DNA from: Takakia lepidozioides
Lineage: Eukaryota > Plantae > Bryophyta
DNA length: 64,000 bases
Assembly: GCA_030704615.1 (NCBI GenBank)
Contig: CM060732.1
Span: 36,394,001 to 36,458,000, forward strand
Direction of reading: 5' to 3'
The notes under the pieces were generated by a model. The model searched no databases and was not told where the DNA came from. It worked only from the letters and a program-made list of their open reading frames with translations. Positions within the stretch are counted from its first letter, which is position 1; the number at the start of each line of letters is the position of its first letter. Positions 50,301 through 62,900 of this stretch are shown here, piece after piece. The position numbers and the translations under genes were made by a program.

Positions 50301-51079
50301 AGGAAAAACCGCAGGGAGAGAACATTCTCTCATTTCTGTAGCAATTCAGGAGAAAGGGTGAGTGCTCTTTATTGTCTTGTTGGGGTGTTCTTTGGTGAAG
50401 ACTTTGGTGACAGCTCTGAGATCTTCCTTTAGATTCTTCGGAAAAATTATGACGACGGACTTCTGGTATACTACAAAGCACATGCAAGTTGATGGCAAGT
50501 GATATATGAGGCCCGGGAGTTGAATGCTCCCTCAGCGGGCTTGCCTGCGTGGCCCCACCCCGCCCTCCGCCTCCCCACCCCCTCGCGGCAAAGCCGCGGC
50601 CCGCGGTCGCCGCGCCAGCGCCCCCGCCCCCCCCCCCCCCCCGCTCCACCCGCCGCCCCCGCGCCGGGTCCATGGCTTGCAAAAGTACGGTCACACATTG
50701 AACTCCGTGTGACTGTATTTCACGCATCGTCATGCATGCCCTATGAATGCATGTGCATTAATCACATCATGACTTTGTTATCATACACTCATGTATGTGT
50801 TCACATGCCTCCTCATACAGTCATATTGGAGACCCGCAACACAGATATTTGAAATTTGAACCAGCCCTAGAGCATAGAGACACATCTTGGAGACCATGAA
50901 CATTCAAATTCAAAATTTGAAAGAGCATTGGTTGTACCTGCAAAACGAATGGACGTCATTTAGCGGATGTTTGTTTTTCATCCAGATGATTGACCACCTG
51001 TCCCCAGCGTCTTCGTCCCCTCATTCTCATCCTCCTCGTCATCAGATGTTTCATTTGACCTCCTTTTTATCCTGTTGTT

Positions 51080-52620
51080 GTGGCGATGGATTTCGTTATC
51101 AATTCTGAGAACTTTCCGACCCTTGGAACCCACCTCCACCTTGAGCAAGCCGGCCTCATGCTTGAAGTGGTAGGGCGCCTGAAAACAGAAAATGGAGAGG
51201 TCCGTAAACTCCAGCAGCTCATCCATTTTCCTGCAACCAAATCGTACGACATAAAAGGCACGTCCGGGGATGCAAGTGAGGCATGGGCAGTATACAAAAT
51301 CATCTCCTTGCGGGAGAAGTACCCTAACGAGACTGTATTCTGCGACTACATGGACATCGAGTGGCTTCCGAAAGCCAAAATATGGATGAAAGGTTCTAGA
51401 AACATTCCCCATGCCTCTCAAGATACTAATGCTGCCATTGAAGCTTATCATGGGAACCTTAAAGCGCAATTGAAGTGCACCAAAAGTGTCTTGACTAGCA
51501 GGAGGGTGGATTGGCTCATCTCTGAAGGGCAGTTGCAGGGTTGAGTGGACCAAAAACGGCAGATCCTGCTCCATGAAAGTCCATGACCAAAAAACAAAAT
51601 TGATGATACTATCTCAAAATATTTTTTAAATGATAGATAATGGTATACTGAACATATTTAGTAAAGAGTCCTACCCCAAATATTAAAGATATAATTCATT
51701 AAATATTTTAGTCTATTATTTAGAGAAATTATGAAAACTAAAAATTAGAGTTTACAAAAACATTTCAATATGACACCTAGCCATTGAAGATTATAGATTT
51801 TTATACTTCTAGAAAAACAATGACACCCAAAATCCAAAAAACAAGATGAGTTATGGACTTTTCAAAAAACGCCTATTTGTTTTACATATATTAGTCCATA
51901 TGAGTCAAATGACAAATGATTTTGCCACTTCAAACACATAGCTATGATGTGGACCAAAATGGCCACCTTATGTCCAAATTTCAATGGAATTCACCAATGG
52001 CACATAGGAGAACTTGAGTCCATTGTAATTCCATTCATTGTGGTAACAGTCCACAATGACGGTGTTCAAAAGTCCATAGCGGAGTCATTTCTTATCGGAT
52101 TCATGATTGGAGAGTTGCTATGGGTGCGTATTGAAGCTAGGAATCCAATGACATATATATTTGCTGGTTTTAATGAGTTAATTAAATTTCAATTGATGAC
52201 ACTATCAATTGCAGTCATCTAAAACTGTGATGGTAACGTCCATTTTGGTCCAATCAACCCTGCATTCACCCTGAACTCACTGGTGATGTCCTAACCCATT
52301 ACTGGTACATGTCTCATGCGAAAGCATATGGATTTGTCCGAAACAAACGGTTGGAGGGGTTTGTGTGCAGTTCCATATTGCTTGCCAAGCACATTTCAGA
52401 TGCCAACGTCCTGCTGCCGCATATCCCCGATGGCCCCGCAACAGTTCAATGCCCACGTGATTTGGGTACGACATTCACAATCCACAAACCTGAATCACAG
52501 TGGGCTTCCTGTGATTGCCCTTGGGCCTAAAAGGGCAATTTGTGCGCACACCAAGTGAAGGTTTTGAAGATGATCCACCCTCATCTCCAGGATGGGCTGA
52601 TTGTAAGTTTTGTATAACTC
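51080..52620 (+). pseudogene. MULE-type transposase C-terminal half with SWIM zinc finger (At1g60560/At4g13970-like), split by an insertion
   Basis: FCDYMDIEWLPK...QDTNAAIEAYHGNLK...RRVDWLISE, the insert, then LTGDVLTHYWY...WASCDCPWA*KGNLCAHQVKV. Confidence 0.85.
51527..52271. mobile_element. TIR element (GGG...CCC) with a 4-bp duplication TGAA, inserted in the MULE transposase
   Basis: gggcagttgcagggttgagtggaccaaaa versus right-end reverse complement gggtgaatgcagggttgattggaccaaaa. Removing it restores the frame WLISELTGDV. Confidence 0.88.
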
Positions 52621-55600
52621 TCATGGGCACATGTAAAGGTGGCCTTCAAAATTTGGTGGGAGGTTCTCAATCCTCGACTTCCATCCCTTCCTCTTCGCAA
52701 ACTCCCCCAATTCAGAGGTCCCCTTCTTTGTCTCAGAAAAGTCCCTTGCACAACCTGCAAGCCCTGATTTCTAGTGAATGGCAAACCATTCTCCAACTGA
52801 CAGAGTCCAATGAGTACCTCCAGCAACATCTCCTTGCCTTGGTTAGAGCTGCAAAGGGAAAGATTCTTGACTTGACTACCACGAGGGAGGAGGGTGTTCA
52901 ATACCCTCGCGACAAACCAGTTATGACTGTTGTCGATGATGGCAAGGGAAAGTCTCTCGTCCGTTTCAAAGACTTTTTGGAAACGAATGGGCACAGCAGG
53001 AAACGCCCACCCTTGCCCACACATAGCACGGCCAATAAGAGATTATATACGGCTGAAGGTGTCCAGGTGCTGCACTAAAGGGTGTGACATTCTTCCCAAA
53101 CAGTGATTTGGATTTATGTTCACAGTCAGTGACACTGTTTCCATGTGTGGAGGCACAATGATGGCAGGCATGATACCCGGGGATGTAAGCACATAAGGTG
53201 GCAGCGGACTTCCCAGGGTTGAATCCCGGTCTGAACACCATTGGAGGTATTTGAATGGGTTTTTCAGGGAATTGTCATCCTATATATGGTGCAATACAAT
53301 ATTGCAAAGTTGCTCGTGCCTCTGCAGTGCCTTTCGTGCTACCCTCCTTCACTTAATTTCTGCTATTATCGCTCCAAGAACTTGTCATATACCCTTGAAG
53401 TGACGGCAGCTTATATTTACTTAGCATTATTATTTTTGAAAGGTGACAATCCAAGAACATTGACCTTTATAATATGGTAGTATATCTGCTGTATTCGTTT
53501 TTCATTCGGCTACAAGATTTTGCCTTCAGCCTCATGGCATATGATGTGACAATGAGTTGTGTCACTCACTTTGTTTTGTTGAAGCTCAGTGGTTTCCTCA
53601 TACCAGGAATACAAGTATCAGTCTCCAGTATATATTCAGTTTTGCAACATTGGTTTCATTTCTATTTCAACTGTGACTGCTTTAAAATGCAGAAATTGTT
53701 TTCACATTGTGCAAATGAAGTGACACTGTGTGTTGTGTGGAAGACAGCTGAATGAAGATCCTTACCTCGACATGAACACGTGTATGAGTAATACTTGTGT
53801 AACTGGTTTGTAAGGGACTGCCTTCCCTCCAACTCCTGCACATTATCAAATGACTAATATCCTGCATCCACTGTCCTACCTATGTGACACAGATTTTGGG
53901 CTTACCTTATATGCTCGAGCTATTTACAACACCAGCCTCTAGCATAATAGGCCTCATTCCAATTATGTTATGATGGCTTTCAAGATGGACTATAAAAATA
54001 CAACATTGGATATAATACTGTGGGTTCATTACTCTTGAGCCAGTGCTGACTTCTCGTGCACTATGAGGATACATCCAATGACAACATTCACAGTCTGCGG
54101 AGGCAGTGCAAACAATCCAGGGGAGAATGTGCAATCCGTCAAAGCACTGAAGCACTGCAAACAAGTAAGGACTGAAAACACGGTAGCACAGCACTGCATT
54201 CAACCACTGCTCACACTGAAGCAGCCAACTGGCGAAGCCCAAAAAACACAGACATGGAACAGAATCGATTCTTATACTCAGATAGAATCAAAACAGAACA
54301 TGAAACAAGACCGGGACAAATTGTCATTGTACCCCATTGCATCATCCCACCTCAGTCGAAGACAAATCCACATTCTACCTGAACCCATCATTATTGTATC
54401 ACGAACAATCATTCCCCTATCTTTGAAGAACTTCCACTCCCGACCTTCAGCAACGCAGACAGGGCTGGACTCACCCTTAGGGCAGCTACATTCTCAGTCA
54501 CCTCCTCCAACCATGTTTTCTCCACAATGTCTGTCTTGTCCATGATAAAAGCTTCAGTGGGGGTGATGCCGAGGGACCAAGGCATAGTTTCCGGTGGTTT
54601 TGCGGCATGAGACTACTTCTTCAGGCGCATGGTAAATGTGCCCTTCAGGAGCAGACTACTTCCAGCACGATGAAGGCACTTCCTCAAATTGAAACTGGTA
54701 CCTTCTTCAGGACATTGGAGTCATCTGCCTCTACAACCCAAAACTTGTTCTCTCCCTCTGGAATGTTCACCTCCATCCAGACATGCTCCCCTGATATTCG
54801 TGCCCTCTTTGCCGTGTCTACGTTGAAGCCACTGTCCTCAGCTGCAGTAGCCACCACATTCCAGATGGGAAGAGGGATGCCCATGGTGATGTACTGAATG
54901 CCATATGTCTTCGGGGCATTCCCCTTCTGCATAACTATAATGTCTACAAGGCCGACCTCTTTGGCCATTGTAGGCCCAAAAACTGCAACAAAAGTGTGTG
55001 TCCCCACCTTTGTCGGGTGCAGGGATTCTGAAATGTCCCTGCCATCCTATACAAGTACCTGCAGTGTGGAAGCCCAAGCAGCTGAAATGAACGCCATTTC
55101 GTGGGGAGACACTGAAAACAGTCAAACCACTACAACACTGAAGTACTGTGGAACTGGAAAGAAGTAAGAACTCCACACTGCAGCACTGAAGCGCTATGTG
55201 CCACTGAACACGCCGAAGCACTGAAGCGGTCAAGCCCAAGAACAAAAGAAGACACAGCCTGGGGTTCAAAGCCTACATAGTACACACTTTAACTTGGGGT
55301 TACCCTACCTAGTTCCGTGCACGGTTCGAAATTGCCCGCCACGACCCTTCCTCTTTCCCCCCAACTGTGCCATGTATCACTCCACACGTGTCCACCACTT
55401 TGCGCCTGTAATACATATTGCGTTCCTCTCGTCGTGGTGTTTTCAGAATCTCTGGTATTGTGTTCTTGTGTTCCATCGCAGTTTTTTGATGTTACCTTGT
55501 CAGCTCTGTTCTGTGTTCCTTCGCTCCATTGCATAGTCCATAGCTCAGGGTCAACATTCCGCAGTTCTCACCAATCTGCGTGTACTGTATTTTCGAGCTT

Positions 55601-55697
55601 CGTCTTCCCATCGCCCTCTCCGTCCTGAGTCATTGCAGCTATCGCTCACATTCTGCTTTTCCGAGCAATGGTCTGCTTAGATTCCGCTTCTTTTACA

Positions 55698-57025
55698 ATG
55701 TCCGACCTTAGTACCCATTCCTCCATTCCCTGGCTGCAGGAGCAGCCCGAGGTTGATGATGACACAATGAAAGAGTTATTGGGTGACCTTGGCGGCATTG
55801 TGGGGTCTCGCATTTCCCTTTTGGAAGCACTGGTGGACTGGTCACAACCAACAGCACATCATTCTCGGGGCACATGAATCTGCAGATAGAGTGGCTTGGT
55901 GTGGTTTCTATGACAAAAGTAGCACTGAATCTGCAAAGCTTCCAAACACCATGGTGCTGAGGTCGAGGTTCTTGTGTGCTCCAAATGAGGAGTTTGGACC
56001 CAGACAAGAAAAATGAATGCTTTCATGTTCTCACTGTATTCCAGTGGATGGGTGGAGGTTGGGACTCCATCAAGCTCATTGGCGCTCTCCCCACCCCTAT
56101 TTGGAGGATGCTTCAGCGAAGAAATTCACCAGAGAGGCCATGGACTGCAGCTGGGGACCTTTGTGTGACCCTTCAGGGTGGTTCAATGCATGTGATGTTT
56201 GCTTCTGCAATGCACACTGGAGACATATGCCATGGCCCAGCACATGTTTCCAGTCGGGTTGCTTTAGCCCCCCACATCAGCGAAGAAATGAAAGCATCGG
56301 TATTGCATAACTTGCGCCTCGGACTAAGCATCAACAAAATCATGGCGAAGCACATGCAATGGGTGAAGGAGACTATGGAAAGTGGGTTGGAGGCAGATCG
56401 TGACACATTCCTCTTGTCCTGGGACATTCGCAACATTGCCAACAAGTGTAATGAGGAAACATTTTAAAAACACCCAAATGATGCTCATAGTGTGCGGATG
56501 TGGGTGGAGCCAAACCCTGAAAGTGTTTTCTACTACCATGAAGAGTCCAACCACCCTGCCTGGTCTTCTCATAGCCGAAAACTCGACCTTCCATTTGTCT
56601 TGGGCATACAGACACAATGGCAGAAAAAAACAGATGGTGATTCACGGTCATTCTCGAATTGTGGCATGCGATGCAACATTCGGGACAAACGAGAAAAAAA
56701 ATATATTCCATGTTCACAAATTGTCGACCCGCATTCCACAAAACTATTATGTACATGAACAAAACTCATAACCCCCTCCTTCCTCTGTATTCCTAATGTT
56801 TTCTGGTGAATGCTTGTGATTGCAGTATCATTTGTACACCATGATGGTGTTTGATGAGTGGCTGAATGGTATTCCAGTCGTGTACATAATCACGGCCAGG
56901 TGCAAAGCCACTGATCTGTGACCTTGGATGGAGGCACTAAATGGAGAGATGAAAGCCTGCAAGGCCGATTGGCAACCCAATGCCTTCATTGTGGACGACG
57001 CGGATGCGGAAATCGCTGCTATGAG
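55698..57025 (+). pseudogene. MULE-type transposase N-terminal and catalytic part (same family as 51080-52620)
   Basis: DRDTFLLSWDIRNI...DAHSVRMWVE...PFVLGIQTQWQ...ACDATFGTN, an intron, then YHLYTMMVFDEWLNGIPV...NAFIVDDADAEIAAMR followed by GT. Stops and frameshifts present. Confidence 0.85.
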
Positions 57026-59452
57026 GTAACTTCGCCAAAGGCATTGCTGTAGCTCTTACATGGGTTTAGTGTACACATGTGTTATAGTCATTCAATCTCA
57101 CAGGAAACAACTCTGTGTGGGGGGATCAGTCATACGACGCGCAAATCCGACAAACACTCAGATTTCGTTACGCCCAATACATGGGACACCAACGCAAAGA
57201 GCAAGAGCTTAAGAGGAAAAGTAAGAGAAAGGAAAAGTTGAAGAGGGATAACTATGAGAAAAGATTAGAAGAAATCTTGAAGAAGTATGCCACAGAGGCT
57301 GCAACACATTGGAGGAAGGGTGTTTGGTGTGCAAAATGCCAGAATGAAGGCGTATCCCAGAAAGACAGAGGCCATTAAAGCCTCTCCACCACCAGTAAAT
57401 GTTAAGAGTCTAAGGAGATTCCTTGGACAAACCAGTTATTACAGAAGATTTGTCAGACGGTATGCACAGATAGAAGCACCATTGAGCAAGCTTCTGAAGA
57501 AAGATGCAGTGTTTGCATGGACAGCTGAATGTCAACAGGCTTTTGAGGAACTTACATTGTCAGTAACAACTACACCTGTGCTGATTAACCCTCACTGGCA
57601 TGTAGTATTTTATGTTCACTGTGATGCCTTAGGAGAAGCGTTGGGAGCAGTGTTAGCTCAAAATGTTACAGGAAACATAGATTCACCTGTGTACTATGTT
57701 AGCAGGTTGATGAACAGTGCTGAAAGGAACTATAGCACAACTGAAAGAGAAGCACTAGCAATGATTTATGCAGTCAAGAAATTTAGACATTACCAATTGG
57801 GAATGAAGTTTATGTTTTATGTGGATCATCAGGCTCTGATTTATTTGGTGAACAAGCCTTTGATAAGTGGAATGATAGCAAGGTGGTTAATAATCTTGCA
57901 CGAGTTTGAGTTCGAAGTTGTTTACAAGCCTGGCCGTTTGCATCTTGTGGTAGATCACTTGTCATGCCTATCAACAGGAGAGCCCGCTACAGGAGTAGAC
58001 GACCAACTACCTGATGCGAGTTTGTTTGCAGTGGAGGTGCAGGGAAGTGCAAATGACTGGTTAGATTGGCAGTGGCCAATCAGATACTACCTTACTCATG
58101 GTCAGTGCCCACCTAGTTATGGAAAGGAGCAGAGGAAGAGAATCGCTATCAAGGCTTTACCTTATACTATGGTAGGGGGCAGAATGTATAAGCTAGGACC
58201 TGATGGAGTACTTAAACGATGATTGTACCACCATGAAGTAAATAAAGTTTTGGAGGAAGTTCATAAAGGAGTGGCTGGAGGTCATTTTGGAGAAGAGATC
58301 TACCGGTAGAAAGATACTACTTGCAGGTTACTGGTGGCCTACTTTGTTCAAGGATGTACACAAGTATTGTAAGAGTTGTGATGAGTGTCAGAGGCTAGGA
58401 CCATTGCAGAGATCTGGGAAGATGGCTTTGCATCCTACGATGCCTACTGAACCATTTCAGAAATGGGGACTAGACATTGTTGGACCAATTAACCCACCAG
58501 CCAAGAATACACAGAACAAGTATATAATCACAGCCACTGATTATACTACAAAGTGGGTAGAAGCTAAAGCTTTGAGGAACAACACAGCTAAGTCCACAGC
58601 AAGGTTCCTGTATGAGAACATACTTACAAGATTTGGCTGTCCCCTGGAATTTATCAGTGACCAGGGAAGTCACTTCATTAATGAGACCATAGAACTATTG
58701 ACTAAAGAGTTCATGATTGTGCATAGGAAGAGTACAACTTATTACCCACAGGGTAATGGGCAGGCAGAGGCTACCAACAAAATATTATGTATTATCTTGG
58801 CAAAGATAGTCAATGCAAACAGAACAGATTGGGATACAAAGCTGCTGCTTTGTGGTCATACATGACTTCATATAAAGTCACCACTAAGTATACACCATTC
58901 CAATTAGTTTATGGTATGGAAGCTTTACTTCCAGTGGAATTCTTGTTACCTACCATGAGAACTGAATGGGGAAGGAGAATGGAATTGGAAGATTCAATTA
59001 AGGTCAGGAAACATGAATTATACCATGTGGAAGAAGTACGTGCTGATGCAGCTGATAACATGACCAGAATTCAGATGAAGAGGAAGGATCAGTTTGATGA
59101 AGGTAAATTAAAGACTTTTAAGATAGAAGATTTGGTTCTGTGGTTGCAGAAGAAGGGGAAAATTAAGGCTTCTAAGCTTAAATCACCATGGAAAGGACCT
59201 TATGTCATACAGAAGATGTATGATAACAACACCGCCATGTTACAAATCATTAACAAAGAGATGCTGGGAAGAGTCAATGCCAATAAGTTGAAGGGATACA
59301 GTGGTATCCATGACAAACCATTGCAGCACGACTTGCATATTGAAACACAGAAACAGTCACGGGCTGCACCGGTAATACCAACGGAGCATGAAGCACTTGT
59401 CGTAAAGCCGAATGTGTATGGCCTGAGCGGAGAACACGGGTGTTCGCATAGT

Positions 59453-59590
59453 TATCACAGCCCACCACAGTGCCACACAGCTTATCACAGCCCACCACAG
59501 TATCACACAGTTTATCACAGCCCACCACAGTATCACATAGCCTATCACAACCCACCACAGTTTGACACAGCCTGTCACAGCCCAACACAG
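59453..59590 (+). repeat. 30-bp minisatellite (~4.5 copies) encoding YHSPPQxHTx in frame with the integrase tail
   Basis: tatcacagcccaccacagt.. unit repeated. Confidence 0.92.
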
Positions 59591-59935
59591 CCCACGCGGG
59601 TTACACAGTCCATAGGGTCAGTGACAGGTGGACATGGGTTAACGTCCGAAAAGTGGCCGGCGGAAGAAAAAACAGCTTGGAAGTCAAACTCGGAGAATGT
59701 GCCACGCGGACAGGGAAATACGGAGGCAGGTCTAGAAACGAACACGTGGTCGCCAGGGCGAAACACACCATAGTGCATATATTGCAAAAACGGGTGTCAT
59801 CATGCAAGAAGACAAATTGGGCCGTCAAAGTACCTACCCGGTACATCAACCTGAACTATTTGTGGGCCCATTAATGCATTCAGGGCAAGGGTAACAGAAC
59901 CCTTTACGAGTACAGAAAAGGGGGATCTTTGCCGC

Positions 59936-62900
59936 ATGCGCTATCCTAGTGGACATTCCAGGGGGGAAAGTCCACTGAGGGGAGTTAAATTAAGAAGTTA
60001 CCCAAGGAAGCAACAGCCAATCACGAGCGAGAATTACATGCAGATGGTTTCCTCCAAGAAACAAGAGCAAGAAATTAGCAGGGTTATGAGCGCGAGAGTC
60101 GGGGTGGCTCCGAATAACCAGCGTCTCGGCAGGAAAGGCAATCAAAGCTATAGCTTTGTAGCTATGGCGGATATTACAGATTACACGCTCGCTTTACTTC
60201 TCACACAGTGGCACAAGGACGGACGGGTTGAGAGTACATTCTCTCTCACTCGATACTTGCAAGCCCCACAGGCTTACACGCACTTACCCGTTCCATTCTG
60301 TGCCAACCATACCTTTATGCTCTGTGCCCTTCAAGCTTTTCTTCAGCTGTTTCAAACAAGGCCTTTTTGTTTGTCTAGAATGAAGAGAGTGAAGGGAATG
60401 GAGGATATCAGGGTGAAGAGCACCACGATACTGCAGAAGCAAACAATTGCTACACCGCAGGCAGTGCAGCTGCTGAGGGAGTTGCGATTGGAGGGGCTGC
60501 TACGCAAGGACTGGTCCTTGCATCATCGGCAGTATATGCTTCAATTTCTTCAGAACTTTGAGCCTAGGACGGGAGTAACCCAGGTGAGGGGAGTAGATAT
60601 AGAAATTACTCCCCAGTACCTACAGCAATTGTTCGAATTGTCATCGGGTCATGTGGATGTGGATGAGCACATGGCAAGATTGCAGATAGGGAATCTGTTC
60701 CAAGAAGGGAGTTTCTTTAAGACTCAAGGTTACGCTTGCACCAAAGCCGAGTACCCAGGGCTCAGAGATGTTGGCCAAATACTGAACGTTCTGTTTGCCA
60801 TGAAACAGAACCAACAGTATTTGAGCAAGTCATTCACAGAGGAGATACTGAAAGCCTGGCGAGGAGAGGATGTAGCTTGGGCAGAGTTAATGTACAATGG
60901 TCTGGTGGAAGAGATGAAGAGGTTACAGGGCACTGCTGTTAAGTCTCCGATCATTATGTCTCGCCCAGTCAGTGCTCAGATTGTTCTTGACTCTTGCATA
61001 CTTGATGCGTGAGAACGTAAGGAGATGGGAGTGTTTGAGGCAGCAACCACTACAATGGAGGAGCAGGGTTCTTTACAAGGTGAGGGTGGACTGGCAGAGC
61101 AACACCAGTCTAAAAGACAGAAGAGGGGTATGACTGTAGTGGCGGATCCACTGGCTTCAAGAAAGCCGCAAGATGATGTTTCCCAAGCTCTTGTGCAGGA
61201 TGGGGCACAGCAGCACAGAGGGCTGTTATTATTAAAAGCACGACTTTTGGAGAGGGAAGAAGAAGTCACTTCGGTACCACAGCCATCACAGCCGGTTGAA
61301 TCGGTTGTCTCAGAGGTACCTCAGTTAGTACATGTTGTTCCACCAGAGCCTATTGCTCTGGAAAGAGAAGGGTTGGACATTCCCACTACAGAGCAGGTCG
61401 TGGCAGAAATTGAGAAGGGTGACCTTCTCTATGAAAACTCTGGCTTGGTCAAGGAATCAGTGGTACCAGAGGTGCAGAGTCTGTCCAGGGAAAACCCTGC
61501 TGTGCATGTAATACCCACACCTGTGACGGAGGTACCAGGGGTAGAATATAAGGACACTGCAGCACCTGTGGAGGATGAGGTGGTTCAGGAAGAGGATCTG
61601 GTGGGGCAATGGCCTGAATGGTTGGTGAAGCATCACACTATGGAGAATCAGGGAGAACAGTAGCAAGTTCACCATGATGACCCCCAACAGGCCATGCTTA
61701 TGAGTTCCATAAGCAGGACACTCAATTTGTTGGGCACTAATGTGAAATCCCATGTTCCATCTACCCAATTGGCAGCTTTGAGGGAGGAACTCAGGAAGGA
61801 GTTTGAGACTCGAATTGCCACTGAGTGTACTAACAAAGTAGATGAGGAGATCAATCTCAAGTTACAGCAAGAGTTGGAGGACACAAAGGCTGCCTTACAG
61901 TTGACTAATAGACATTTGATTGAAGCAGGTCTCGAGCAGGACCAGTTGCATGAAGCACATAAGCAACAGTTATACCAATTACAGGTGAAGCATGAAGGCA
62001 AGTTGCAAGAAGTGAACGTACTACATACAGAGTTGGAGGCAGTACATCAGAGGATGACCATACAATGTGCTACACTAACAACTGCTCTAGAGCAAACTGC
62101 ATTAGAAGTTAACAGACAAGGGGAGAGATGTATGATGACAGAAGTTGAGATAATAGAGCAAGGGAAACTTATTGTTGATTTGCAGGCTACAATCTGTCGC
62201 AATGAGAATACTTTCCAACAGTACAGACAGGTTGAGGCTGATCAGGAGAGGTACATCCTGGAGTTGCAACAAACAGTCATGGTCAATAGAAATGAACTCT
62301 TTGTGGCTAACAAGGCTTGGAAGGAAGCCAATAATCTGGTTGCTGCCTATGCGGGTCTGGTTGAACCTCATGCGAAGCGCATGGAGGCTTTACAGCAGCA
62401 GTTAGATGTGTACAGACTCACGGAGGAGCAGACTCTCAGGGGTGCCACACAGGACTTGGTGGATAACCACCTTATGCAGGTATGGTTAACACAAGGGCCG
62501 GTAGAAGGCAAAGCACCAAAGAAGCTCACCCAGGGGGAGATGAATGAGCTCAGATTGCAGGTGCAGAACATTGCCACAACTACTATAGACAATGTCTATA
62601 GTAGGATAGTGGAGCTACAGGAGGATGTGGAAGGCCTACAAACTCAAGTGGATGACCTGAGTTCAAATATTGACAAGAGAGTCTTTGTTCCTAATGAGCA
62701 GCTGATGGCTACTTATTTACATGCCAGGACTCTAATTTTTCAGTCTTCTTCGCAGGGGGTGCAGGAGATGTCAGTGGTACCAATACTACAGTAGGTGCCT
62801 GTGCAAGTAGCTAACCCTGTTGCTACTACAGCAAAACCACAGCTTGAGGTATGGAGGGATGCTACTTTTAACCCACCTAGGACTTCTGCTACACGGGAGT

